This document shows, piece after piece, positions 1 through 10,100 of a DNA stretch of 64,000 bases. The notes below the pieces were generated by a model. That model ran no database searches. It saw nothing but the letters and a program-made list of their open reading frames with translations, and was not told where the DNA came from. The translations under genes were made by a program, and so were the position numbers. The DNA is from Verrucomicrobiota bacterium (GTDB lineage Bacteria; Verrucomicrobiota; Verrucomicrobiia; Limisphaerales; UBA1096), in contig JASMKO010000028.1 in the NCBI GenBank assembly GCA_030749225.1, forward strand, positions 11,090-75,089, in the 5' to 3' direction. The stretch's first letter is position 1, and the number at the start of each line of letters is the position of its first letter.

Positions 1-14
1 AGCGACGGATGGGA

Positions 15-536
15 CTAATCAAGCCAAATGTGAAGGGTGTCGGGACGGAGGTCGATGGAGAAATCGAGCCAGACAATGCTCATGTTATCGTCCCCGGTGT
101 TGTAGGTCATCACGTCGATTGTGTCGTCGGACAACTCCAGTTCGTGGTCGCTACCCAGCATGATGCCCAGGTCGGGCGGCCCGTCGTGCCGCGAAGGCGA
201 GGTCAGCAGCAGAAGAATGCAGGCCGCCCCGGCCAGCGGGGGTAACCAACTCAGCAGCCAGCCGGCGCGTGTCGAGGGCTTGGCCAAGCGCCTGGCCTGC
301 CGGTCTTCCCGTTCGATAGCCTCGGAAATCTGGCTCCAGTGAAAGTCCCCCGGCTCGGGCAGCGGGCGCGGCAACTCGGCGCCGTCCATCAGCCCGCGCG
401 CGGCGGTGAGCCGCGCGTGCAGTTCCCGCAACGCGTCATCTCCCTGAATGCGCGCACGCAATTCGTCCGCCTCGGTGCCAGCGAGTTCACCGTCCACCAA
501 AGCTTGTACCCTCAATTCTGTCTCGTTCTCGTTCAT
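15..536 (-). CDS. Putative membrane-anchored anti-sigma factor
   Basis: N-terminal 'VQALVDGEL' anti-sigma-like helix and one central TM segment; start overlaps the stop of the ECF sigma gene. Confidence 0.7.
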   Translation of the reverse strand: MNENETELRVQALVDGELAGTEADELRARIQGDDALRELHARLTAARGLMDGAELPRPLPEPGDFHWSQISEAIEREDRQARRLAKPSTRAGWLLSWLPPLAGAACILLLLTSPSRHDGPPDLGIMLGSDHELELSDDTIDVMTYNTGDDNMSIVWLDFSIDLRPDTLHIWLD

Positions 537-1141
537 TCAATTAATCCGTCCCGTTTCAGCGTTTCGTTCAGCAGGCTAGCCATACGTTTCCGGGCGTAAA
601 ACAGCCGTGACATGACAGTCCCAATGGAGGTGCCCATCCTATCGGCGATCTGCCGGTACTCGAGTTGCTCGAACTCGTACAGGACGATCACTGTGCGGTG
701 CTTGTCCGAAAGCTTAGCCAAGGCAGCGTCGATTCGTTCCCTCAACTCCTCACGGTCCAGTCCCTCGACCGGATCGACCATCTCCATCTCGAGCCGGTTC
801 TCGACCGGGCCGGTGGATTCCTCCATCGCCTCGATGGAGTCCATCCGCGCCCGCTTCTGCCGCCGCAACTCGTCGAGGCAGAGGTTGGTAACGATCCGGC
901 TCAGCCAGGTCGGAAAACTGGCATCGCCATGGAACTGGTCGAGGCGCTGCCACGCCTTGACCCACGCATTCTGGGAAAGATCCACCGCGAGATCCTCGTT
1001 GCGCATGATGCTGTAGGCGCGGACGTAGATGCGGTCGCGATGCCGTGAAACCAGCTCCTCGAATGCCACCATGTCGCCCGCTTTGGCCCACTCGACTAAT
1101 TGCGGATCTTCTGCCGAGGAATATACTGGTTCTGCCGGCAT
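533..1141 (-). CDS. ECF (sigma-70 family group 4) RNA polymerase sigma factor
   Basis: Region 2 'AFEELV..H...DLSQNAWVKAW...F.TWL.RI.TN.C.D' and region 4 'L.Y.QIA..MG.SIGTVMSRLFYAR'. Confidence 0.93.
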   Translation of the reverse strand: MPAEPVYSSAEDPQLVEWAKAGDMVAFEELVSRHRDRIYVRAYSIMRNEDLAVDLSQNAWVKAWQRLDQFHGDASFPTWLSRIVTNLCLDELRRQKRARMDSIEAMEESTGPVENRLEMEMVDPVEGLDREELRERIDAALAKLSDKHRTVIVLYEFEQLEYRQIADRMGTSIGTVMSRLFYARKRMASLLNETLKRDGLIE

Positions 1142-1180
1142 TTCAGGTGACGAACTCCGTCTCGGGCTTATTCAATGCAC

Positions 1181-1843
1181 CTACAATTTTCCCTTCGTGC
1201 TGGGCAGTTGACCGGCAATCCGGGGGTCGTGCTGGCAGGCCACGTCGGCCGCCCGGGCGAACGCCTTGAACAGCGCCTCGACAATGTGGTGCGGCTCGTC
1301 GCCGTACATCAGCTCGAGGTGCAGGTTGCACCGGGCATCGTTCGTGAACGCCTGGAAAAACTCCTTCGCCAGCCCAAATCGAAACACCGATGACGTGTCC
1401 TGCGACTTGTCGGCACTGGTGATGCCCTTCTGGTGGTGCTGGGCCAGGCCGCGCCAGACGAGGTGCGGCCGGTTGCTGAAATCGATTACGCACCGCGCGA
1501 GGCATTCGTCCATCGGCACATACGCCTCACCGGTGAACGGGTTACGGGGGTCAAAGCCGGCGCCGTAACGCCGCACACCCTTCTTGTCGCCCAACGCCTC
1601 AACGAATGCCTGGCCAAGCGCGATGCCGCAATCCTCGACCGTGTGGTGATGGTCCACCTCGACGTCGCCATTGCAAGCAAGGTTCAGGTCCACCGTCGCG
1701 TGCTTCGCGAACAACGTCAGCATGTGGTCGAAGAACGGGATGCCGGTGTCGATTTTCGATTTGCCTCTGCCGTCGATGTTGAGACTGAGCCGAATCTTTG
1801 TCTCCCCGGTGTCGCGTTTAATCTGTGCCTTTCGCGGCTGCAT
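1181..1843 (-). CDS. hisB: Imidazoleglycerol-phosphate dehydratase
   Basis: 'R.T.ET.I', 'TGIPFFDHML', 'DHHHTVED', 'PMDE', 'HHIVEALFKAF', C-terminal 'PSTKG'; start placed at ATG of MQPRK. Confidence 0.95.
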   Translation of the reverse strand: MQPRKAQIKRDTGETKIRLSLNIDGRGKSKIDTGIPFFDHMLTLFAKHATVDLNLACNGDVEVDHHHTVEDCGIALGQAFVEALGDKKGVRRYGAGFDPRNPFTGEAYVPMDECLARCVIDFSNRPHLVWRGLAQHHQKGITSADKSQDTSSVFRFGLAKEFFQAFTNDARCNLHLELMYGDEPHHIVEALFKAFARAADVACQHDPRIAGQLPSTKGKL

Positions 1844-1875
1844 GGTTGAGTTGTTCGCTTGGCCAAGCGGCGTCA

Positions 1876-2805
1876 CTAGTTGAGCGACGCGAGGTAACGC
1901 TCGGCGTCGATCGCTGCAGCGCACCCCTGCCCGGCCGCCGTGATCGCCTGCCGATAGACGCGGTCCGAGCAGTCGCCCGCCACAAACACGCCGGCAACAT
2001 TGGTGGCCTGTCCGCACTGGGGCAAGATATAACCGGCATCGTCCATGTCGACCACGCCCCGGAACAGCTCCGTGTTCGGCACATGCCCGATCGCAATGAA
2101 CAGCCCGGCGCAGTCGAGTGCACTCTCCTCACCCGACTGGTTATTGCGCAATTTCACGCCGGTCACCTTGTCCTGTTCGACATCCAGCACCTCGGTGACC
2201 TCTGAGTACCACACCGGCTCAATCTTGTCGTTAGCCAAGGTCCGCTCAGCCATGATCTTGGACGCCCGCAGCTCATCACGCCTGTGCACCAGATAAACCT
2301 TTGATGCAAAACGGGTTAGGTAGTTCGCCTCCTCGCAGGCGGAGTCGCCGCCGCCGACCACCACCAACGGCTGCTCACGGAACATCGGCAGCGCGCCGTC
2401 GCAGGTCGCGCAGTAGGTAACGCCTTTTTTTTCCAGCTTGGCCTCGCTCTCCAGTCCGAGGTGGCGGTGCCCCGCCCCGCTGGCGATGATCACCGTCTGC
2501 GTCTCCAACTCTTCGCCGTCCACGGTCAGCCTGAGCGGTTGCCGGCTAAAATCAATCGACTCGACCGTGCTGCCAAACCGGATCTTCGCCCCGAACCGCT
2601 CGGCCTGTTGTTGCATCTCCATCATCAACTCAGTGCCGTCGATGCCTTTGACAAACCCGGGGTAATTCTCAACGATGCTGGTGGTCGTAAGCAGCCCGCC
2701 CGGCATCACGCCGGTCAGCACAATTGGCTCGAGATTGGCCCGGGCGGTGTAAATTGCGGCAGTCAATCCGGCGCAACCGGATCCGATGATGATGACCTTC
2801 TCCAT
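1876..2805 (-). CDS. trxB: Thioredoxin-disulfide reductase
   Basis: GSG..GLTAA FAD motif, CATCDG redox motif, GGGDSA NADPH motif, 'YRQAITAAG.G'. Confidence 0.96.
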   Translation of the reverse strand: MEKVIIIGSGCAGLTAAIYTARANLEPIVLTGVMPGGLLTTTSIVENYPGFVKGIDGTELMMEMQQQAERFGAKIRFGSTVESIDFSRQPLRLTVDGEELETQTVIIASGAGHRHLGLESEAKLEKKGVTYCATCDGALPMFREQPLVVVGGGDSACEEANYLTRFASKVYLVHRRDELRASKIMAERTLANDKIEPVWYSEVTEVLDVEQDKVTGVKLRNNQSGEESALDCAGLFIAIGHVPNTELFRGVVDMDDAGYILPQCGQATNVAGVFVAGDCSDRVYRQAITAAGQGCAAAIDAERYLASLN

Positions 2806-2817
2806 TCAGGCCGGGGA

Positions 2818-2846
2818 CGGTAGAGACGCGAACGCCCCTTGGCAAG
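2818..2846 (-). promoter_or_regulatory. Putative sigma-70 promoter of trxB (-35 TTGCCA, 17 bp, -10 TACCGT)
   Basis: Minus strand reads TTGCCA-aggggcgttcgcgtctc-TACCGT shortly before the trxB ATG. Confidence 0.5.
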
Positions 2847-2871
2847 CCAAGCGCTTGGCAAAGCTGCCAAC

Positions 2872-3963
2872 TTAAAGACCAATAACTCGCTTCACGGCGT
2901 CGGTCTCCGGCGCGACGACGGTCGGCTCGAAGCCAGCGACGCTGATGGCGTTGTCCGGGTCCTTTAGACCGTGGCCAGTGAGCGTGGCGACCACGCGGCT
3001 CCCGGCCGGGATCAGATTGTCGCGAACGCTCTGGATGAGGCCGGCGAGCGACGCCGCGCTGGCTGGCTCGGCGAACACCCCCTCGGTTCGCGCCGCCAAC
3101 TTATAGGCTGCGAGGATCGCCTCGTCAGTCACCTTCGCAATGTGGCCGTTGGATTCCTTGAGAGCATTCACCGCGCCATCCCAACTCGCCGGGTTACCGA
3201 TGCGGATGGCGGTTGCCACGGTCCGCGGATTCTCAATGGGCCGTCCATCGACGAGCGGCGCGGCGTTGGCGGCCTGAAAGCCGAACATCCTCGGCACCGC
3301 CATGGCCAAACCGGCGTCACGGTACTCTCTGTAGCCCCGCCAGTAGGCGGTGATGTTGCCGGCGTTGCCGACCGGCAACAAATGAAAGTCCGGCACCTGG
3401 CCAAGCTGGTCCACCACCTCAAACGCCGCCGTCTTTTGGCCCTCGATCCGCACCGGATTGATGCTGTTGACGACCTCCACCTGGCCGGTCTCGCCCAGTT
3501 TGCGGACAATTCGCAGCGCGTCGTCGAAGTTGCCCTCGATCGCCACCGTGGTCGCGCCGTGCATCAACGCCTGCGCCAATTTGCCCTGCGCGATCTTGCC
3601 GTGCGGGAGCAGCACCGCACACTTCAGCCCGGCGCGCGCGGCGTAGGCCGCCGCCGAGGCGGAGGTGTTGCCAGTACTGGCGCAAACGACCACCTCCGCG
3701 CCGCGTTCCACAGCCTTCGACACGGCCAAGGTCATGCCGCGATCCTTGAACGAGGCGGTCGGGTTCAGCCCCTCGTACTTGAGATGGAGTTCAATGTCGC
3801 CGCCGATCTCGCGGGCCAAACGATCAGCCCGGATCAGAGGCGTGTTGCCCTCGAGCAGCGACACAATCGGCGTTGAGTCGCCGACCGGCAAGTGCGCCGC
3901 GTACCGCCGAATCACCCCCTGCCAAGCGGCAGGTTCGTTGGTGGCATCCTCGCTCACAGTCAC
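2872..3963 (-). CDS. thrC: Threonine synthase
   Basis: 'EGNTPL', 'KYEGLNPTASFKDRG' (PLP lysine), 'CASTGNTSAS', 'PVGNAGNI', 'LTGHGLKDP'. Confidence 0.96.
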   Translation of the reverse strand: MTVSEDATNEPAAWQGVIRRYAAHLPVGDSTPIVSLLEGNTPLIRADRLAREIGGDIELHLKYEGLNPTASFKDRGMTLAVSKAVERGAEVVVCASTGNTSASAAAYAARAGLKCAVLLPHGKIAQGKLAQALMHGATTVAIEGNFDDALRIVRKLGETGQVEVVNSINPVRIEGQKTAAFEVVDQLGQVPDFHLLPVGNAGNITAYWRGYREYRDAGLAMAVPRMFGFQAANAAPLVDGRPIENPRTVATAIRIGNPASWDGAVNALKESNGHIAKVTDEAILAAYKLAARTEGVFAEPASAASLAGLIQSVRDNLIPAGSRVVATLTGHGLKDPDNAISVAGFEPTVVAPETDAVKRVIGL

Positions 3964-5258
3964 TCGAAAGTCTCCACGCGAATCATCGTCGGCTTGGCCT
4001 TGACGGCGGAGAGACGGGCGATTTTTTTGAGTGCCTGCCGCATAGCCAAGTCCGGCGCATCGTGCAGCATCATGATTAACGGCACACTCTCGCCAACGTG
4101 CCCCTCCGGCTGAATCACTGAACAGATACCGATCTTCGCTTCGCCGAGGACGGCTGCGATCTTGGCAAGTGTTCCCGGCCGGTCAATCACACTGAGCCTA
4201 AGGTAAAACGGGCTGACCGCCTTCTCGATCGGCAGCACGTTGCCTTTCTCCTCATGCGGCACGAACGGCGGCACGCGACCCATGCTGCCATTCTTCAAAT
4301 CCAGCGCTGCGTCGGCAAGGTCACTCAGCACTGCACTCGCTGTGGCATCCGCACCAGCGCCCTGCCCATAATGCAGCGTGTCCCCGACGATGTCTCCGCG
4401 AACGAGGATTGCATTGTACACGCCGCTGACGTTGGCCAGCACATGTTTTTCTGGTACCAACGCCGGGTGTACGGCGATCTGCACGTTGTCGCCCAGTCTC
4501 TTGACGATACCGAGTAACTTGATGCAATAGCCCATGTGCCGGGCAAACTCGATGTCGAGTGTGGTGATTTGCCGGATGCCCTCGACAAAAATCTGGCCGG
4601 GCTTAATCCAGAACCCGTGCGCGAGCGAGGCTAGAATCCCGACCTTGTGCTGTGTATCGAACCCGTCCACGTCCAGCGACGGCTCAGCCTCGGCGTAGCC
4701 CATACGCTGTGCATCGGCCAGTATTTCCTCGAAGTCGCGACCCTCAGCCTCCATCTGCGTGAGGATGTAATTGCAGGTGCCGTTGAGGATGCCGTACAGC
4801 CGCTGTATGCGGTTGCCGCTCAAGCCCTCGCGAAGCGACTTGATGATCGGGATGCCGCCCGCAACCGCAGCCTCGTAGTAAAGGTTGCCGCCATTTTTCT
4901 CGACCAACTTGAAAATTGATTCGCCGTGCGCAGAGATGAGCGCCTTGTTGGCGGTAATCACCGGCTTCCCCAGTTTCAACGCCTCGGTGACGACCCTTCG
5001 CGCGGTCGTCGTGCCACCCATCAACTCCATCACCACGTCGATTTTCGGGTCGCGTACGAGCGATTCCCAGTCGGTGGTGACCAGGCGTTTGGCCAGGCGA
5101 GCCGGGCGTGCCTTGCGCACGTTGCGCACCGCCACACCGCCCAGCGCAAATTTCAACCCGAGGCGAGACGCCATCAGCGAGCCGTTGCGGGTCAGGGCCT
5201 GCACCACGCCGCTGCCGACCGTGCCGCACCCCACCAATCCTATGTTCACCTTTCGCAT
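3960..5258 (-). CDS. hom: Homoserine dehydrogenase with C-terminal ACT domain
   Basis: 'G.GTVG', 'TANKA', 'YEAAVAGGIP', 'GILNGT.NYIL', 'GYAEA.P..DV.G.D'; coupled to thrC. Confidence 0.95.
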   Translation of the reverse strand: MRKVNIGLVGCGTVGSGVVQALTRNGSLMASRLGLKFALGGVAVRNVRKARPARLAKRLVTTDWESLVRDPKIDVVMELMGGTTTARRVVTEALKLGKPVITANKALISAHGESIFKLVEKNGGNLYYEAAVAGGIPIIKSLREGLSGNRIQRLYGILNGTCNYILTQMEAEGRDFEEILADAQRMGYAEAEPSLDVDGFDTQHKVGILASLAHGFWIKPGQIFVEGIRQITTLDIEFARHMGYCIKLLGIVKRLGDNVQIAVHPALVPEKHVLANVSGVYNAILVRGDIVGDTLHYGQGAGADATASAVLSDLADAALDLKNGSMGRVPPFVPHEEKGNVLPIEKAVSPFYLRLSVIDRPGTLAKIAAVLGEAKIGICSVIQPEGHVGESVPLIMMLHDAPDLAMRQALKKIARLSAVKAKPTMIRVETFE

Positions 5259-5300
5259 TTCAGCGCGGGGAGAGTGACGGCAAAGCTTTGCTGGCTCAAA

Positions 5301-5792
5301 TTATTTTTTGTCACTCTGCGCTTGGCTAAGCGCGGTATCGAGCAACGCCGTGACGTGCCCGGCGAGGTCCGGTTCTGCCGAGGCCCGAGGCCCAGCAACA
5401 TTGAGCACGACGATGTCGTTTGCCGAGATGAATCCGCGCAGCGCACCGGCCTGCATCAACAGATCCCCATCCGTTTTTGACAAGACCAAGTGCGGCTTGC
5501 CCAAGCGCTTGGCCAAGTCATCCGTGAGCCGGGTGCCACCAACCAGGCGCTTGGCCAAACTCACGATCAGCGTACCGTCGCTGTCACGAATATTCCACTC
5601 CGTGCGCTGTGCCGGGTTCGGTTCCAGGGTCTCCCGCAATGGATACCGGGCATCAATAACGCCGTCCTCCGCCCAGCGGCCAAGCGGACACCAGCCCCCA
5701 CACGCCACGCCGTTGGCCAACGCCCAGTCCAATGCCGCGCGGTCGGCCCCGGTCTGGCCGCCGGACACGATCTTTAGCAACCCACTCGGCAT
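5301..5792 (-). CDS. Putative molybdenum carrier protein (SLOG superfamily)
   Basis: 'KIVSGGQTGADRAALD', 'GGWCP.GR.AEDG', 'RTEWN.RDSDGT', 'LNVAGPR.S'. Confidence 0.85.
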   Translation of the reverse strand: MPSGLLKIVSGGQTGADRAALDWALANGVACGGWCPLGRWAEDGVIDARYPLRETLEPNPAQRTEWNIRDSDGTLIVSLAKRLVGGTRLTDDLAKRLGKPHLVLSKTDGDLLMQAGALRGFISANDIVVLNVAGPRASAEPDLAGHVTALLDTALSQAQSDKK

Positions 5793-5875
5793 GGCCGCAG
5801 TTTACCCGAGTCGGTCGCCCGGAAAAATGCTTTCCCCGCGCGGCGGCTGAATTACGATGCGCCGCCCGGGATTCG

Positions 5876-7165
5876 ATGAAGATTTTGGTAATCGGTGGAG
5901 GCGGCCGCGAACACGCCCTGGTTTGGAAACTGGCGCAGTCGCCGCGCACCACTCAGATGTGGTGCGCCCCAGGCAACGCGGGGATCGCCCGCGAAACGGT
6001 CGCGGCCAACGGCTCGCCGGTCGAGTGCGTTGGCATCGGCGCGGAGGATCTTCCGACACTGCAAGAGTTTGCGCGCGATAACCAAGTCGACCTCACGGTC
6101 GTCGGCCCGGACAACCCGCTGGCGATGGGCGTCGTCGACCAGTTTCAGGCCGCTGGACTCCGCGCATGGGGTCCAACACAACAGGCTGCGCAGTTTGAGT
6201 CGTCAAAAATATTCTCGCAGGAATTCATGGATCGCAACGGTGTGCCGACAATGAAATCCGCATCGTTCACCGACGCCGACGAGGCCAAGGCGTTCGCTGA
6301 ATCGCTCGGAGGCAAGTGCGCCGTCAAGGCCGACGGCCTCGCGCTTGGCAAGGGCGTGCTGATCTGCAACACGCCGAACGAGGCCAAGGCGGCCATCGAC
6401 CAAATCATGACCGACCGGGCGTTCGGCAACGCCGGCTCGAGTGTACTGATCCAGGAACTGATCACCGGCATGGAGGTGTCGCTACACGCATTGTGCGACG
6501 GCAAAACCGCCAAGCTGTTCCCCAGTTCGCAGGATCACAAGCGTGCGCTCGACGGCGACGAAGGGCTGAACACCGGTGGCATGGGCACCTACTCGCCGGT
6601 GCCGTTCCTGAGTGACGCCAAGCTCAACGAGATTGCCAACGCCGTGCTCGAGCCGTGGCTGGCCGGTTGCGCTACCGAGGGCATCGACTTTCGCGGGATG
6701 CTTTACCCAGGGATCATGCTCACCGACGACGGCCCGAAGGTACTCGAGTTCAACGCCCGCTTCGGCGATCCGGAGACGCAGGTGTACCTCACCCGCCTTG
6801 AGAACGACCTCGTCGATCTGCTCGAGGCAAGCATCGACGGCACGCTAGATCAGCACGAACTGCGCTGGAGCGACCAGTCGGCTGTCTGCGTCGTGATCGC
6901 CTCCGGCGGTTATCCCGGCAGCTACGAGAAAGGCAAGATCATCACCGGTATCGCCGACGCCGACGCCCTGCCAAGCGTCAAGGTCTTCCACGCCGGAACC
7001 AAACTTAACGGTGAAAACGCCGTCAACGTCGGTGGCCGCGTGTTGGGTGTCACCGCGCTTGGCGAAGGGCTACAGGCTGCCCGCGACCTTGCCTACGAAG
7101 CGGCTGCGAAGATTCATTTCGACGGAGCATTTACGCGCGGCGACATCGCCGCCAAGGGATTATAG
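5876..7165 (+). CDS. purD: Phosphoribosylamine--glycine ligase
   Basis: 'MKILVIGGGGREHAL', 'APGNAG', 'KADGLA.GKGV', 'QDHKR..DGD.G.NTGGMG', 'EFNARFGDPE'. Confidence 0.97.
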   Translation: MKILVIGGGGREHALVWKLAQSPRTTQMWCAPGNAGIARETVAANGSPVECVGIGAEDLPTLQEFARDNQVDLTVVGPDNPLAMGVVDQFQAAGLRAWGPTQQAAQFESSKIFSQEFMDRNGVPTMKSASFTDADEAKAFAESLGGKCAVKADGLALGKGVLICNTPNEAKAAIDQIMTDRAFGNAGSSVLIQELITGMEVSLHALCDGKTAKLFPSSQDHKRALDGDEGLNTGGMGTYSPVPFLSDAKLNEIANAVLEPWLAGCATEGIDFRGMLYPGIMLTDDGPKVLEFNARFGDPETQVYLTRLENDLVDLLEASIDGTLDQHELRWSDQSAVCVVIASGGYPGSYEKGKIITGIADADALPSVKVFHAGTKLNGENAVNVGGRVLGVTALGEGLQAARDLAYEAAAKIHFDGAFTRGDIAAKGL

Positions 7166-7170
7166 CAAGA

Positions 7171-10100
7171 TCACTCGGTGGAAAGTTCGTGCAGCCGACT
7201 AAGATCAGTGATTTGTTCGTTCCGCGCTCTTCCGGTTGACCAGGTGACCTCAAGACTGCGGATGCGCTTAGCCGCGCCGAGAAGTTGAGTGCGGCTGTTG
7301 CGCGAGTAACGGCCGGTGCCGCCACTGACCAAGCGAGCCGGTCCTTTTGAACCATCGTCGTACACCGGCCGTAGCACTGTCCCCTGATCCGCACGCACGC
7401 GAAGACCGGCTTGGCCGAGCGCGTTGAAATACAATTTCGGCCGACCCTTGCTTTGAGTAATCAACAGATCCGGCCGACCGTCGTTGTTCAGGTCCCCCAC
7501 GGCGCAGCCGCGCTGCTCGCCGTACACTTGGATGCCACTGCGGTGTCCGAAAACAGTCAAAAACCCCCCACGGCCGTCGCCGAGCATGAGCAGACCCTCG
7601 CCGGCGTCCATCCGATAATCCTCCACCCGCAAGGCAAAGTAGTTTTGGCTTAGGAACACATCTTCGTTTCCGTCACCGTCAAAGTCGGCCACAGCTGCGC
7701 CGCTGACCGGCGTGAGTTGTGCCTCGACCGGCAACGGTTTGGTTTCGAATCTACCGCCCCGATTGAGCAGCACGACCGACGCTAGGTGCGATGCCTTGAG
7801 CAACTTGACCCCGGCCAGTTGACCCGCAAACAACTGCTGCACCGTCGCAGCAGCGTAACGACGGTGTGTCGGGAATTGTTCGCGTAAAAACGGAAACAGT
7901 TGCTCGAGAGTCACAAGCCTGTGACGCGGCAGCAGCCGTTGCGCCGCCACATCGAATCGCGCCTCAAGTGCGTCGTAAAAACCGTCGCCGCCGATGTCGC
8001 CGTGCACGAGGTATGGCACTCGTTTTTCGCCGTGCTTGTAAGGGCTATTGAGTCCCCAGTTGCCGGCAAGCAAATCGAACCGACCATCGTTGTCGAAGTC
8101 GCCGACAGCGAGCGTCCGCCAAAGGCCCGGCTGCGAATCGAGTCCCCATGCCTTTGTCACGTCGGTGAATTTACCCCCGCTGTTCTTGAAAATCCGGATC
8201 GGCCCCCACTCGGTTGCCAGCGCCAGTTCCGGTAAAGGATCATCATCTAGATTCGCGAATACGGCAGCGCTCACGACTCCGATATTTTCCAAGGAGGTGG
8301 AATGCCCGGCATCCAGTTTTAGCCCGTCCGGGCCGCCGTGCAGCAGCCACGATGAAGCCGGCTGCGGAAACTTGCCGGGAATGCCGCATCCGGCGACAAA
8401 CACGTCGAGATCACCGTCGCCGTCCACATCCGCCACGGCGATCGAGCCGGCGTCGGAGTGGTTGTCGGACGGCAACGAGATGACGTCCGGCTTGGCCACA
8501 CCGGACCGGAATCGAAGCAACGACGGCGCAGTTGTCTCTGCAGAATCATGCGCGGACACCACAACAAGCAGTCCGCGTTCATCCCCGCCCAGGCCAAGCG
8601 CGTCACCGGCCAGCGGCTTGCCAAACGCCGGCTCCTTCAACTTGGCCAAGTGGCCATCGGCGGCAATGCGATAGCCGGCCAACTTTCCATCTGCGCCGTT
8701 GCCCAAAAACAATTCGTCGCGGCCGTCGCGATCCCAATCGACAAACGCCACGCCGGGGCCGGACTCTGTGAGGCGGCGGGTCAGCAACGGCTGGCGCAGG
8801 AAATCATCCGACGGCCGCTCTGTGTGCATGTGGGCCAGACGGTCGCTGGCGTCGATGAACAGCGGCTTCGGCTTGGCCAAGCGGGAAAGCCCGGGTTGTG
8901 TGTGTTTTTCGTGAATCTCGTAGGCATAGCCCGACTTGGCCCCGTTGACGATTGTTCGGCGGCCGCTTGGCCAATCGACCCCAATCGTGAGGCTTTCCGC
9001 CTGGCCGACGGCGAAGCTCCGCAACGGCTCGTCGCCAGCGAGGTAGCGGCCACCGGCGATCATTTCCTGCGACTGCGGATGCGGTCCGCCACGCACGGTG
9101 ATGCGAGCGCCGATGCCGCGGGTGTTGCCGCCCACGCCGCGCAGCGCCACCGACACGCGGGGCGCGGTGGCGTTGTTTCGGTAAAGCAGCGGCGGCGCAT
9201 TGAGGCAGTTGACCACAACGTCCTGGTCGCCGTCATTGTCGAGGTCGCAGAGAGAAATGCCATGCGACACGTTTTTCGATTCAAACCCCCAACTCCGCCC
9301 GACCTCGGTGAAGCGCAGACCGCCATCGTTCCGAAAAACCATGTTCGGGACGTTCAGCGGCGGGTAAAGAAAGACTTTTTTTCGTGCCTGCGAAAAAGGC
9401 AGATTACCAAGTCTAGCGGTCTTCTCCATGACGTCAAGATTCTGCGTATCAAATGCGTGACCGTTGGCAATCAGCATATCCTCAAGGCCGTCAAGATCGA
9501 CATCAAGAAATGTGACTCCCCATGTCCATTCGGAGGCAGCAACGCCGCTGTAGTTGGCAGTTTCCATGTAGCTATTGTCTCCGCGGTTCACGAACAGTGT
9601 GTTGCGGTGAATGATCGGACGGTCGATAAACTCGTCGATTGGCCTAGCAAACGGATTAGTGACACCCATCTGTATCATTTCCAAGAGGTGCGTCGGGCTT
9701 ATCATGTCAGCAACGAAAAAGTCGTCATGCCCGTCACGATTGATGTCAGCAAAATCGACGGCCATTGAAAAATAACTGCGATGCCGTATCGCCATTTCCT
9801 CCACGAGTTGGAACTTTCCATTACCCCGGTTGATCCACAGTCGGTCTGGAGTCTGGAAATCGTTGCAGATATAGATATCCGGCCGACCATCCTGATTTAT
9901 ATCGCGGATCATCGCCGACAGGCCAAGATCCCAAAACTCCTTTCGGATCGGTTGGCCGTTTTCGTCGAGCCAGTTGCCATCCATCCAGTCGACCTTGGTG
10001 AAGCTGCCTCTGCCATCATTGAGATAAAGGAAGTCCGGCTCCCCGATCTCTACCATTTCACCGTCCATGATCCGAATACGGTTGGCGTACCGGCCCGTGA

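Noticed and set aside
8458-9768. Long antisense or alternate-frame ORFs (also 2971-3876, 32770-34068, 37490-38548, 41835-43070, 59436-60695)
   Set aside because: They are shadow ORFs of well-supported genes, expected in high-GC DNA, and show no family motifs.
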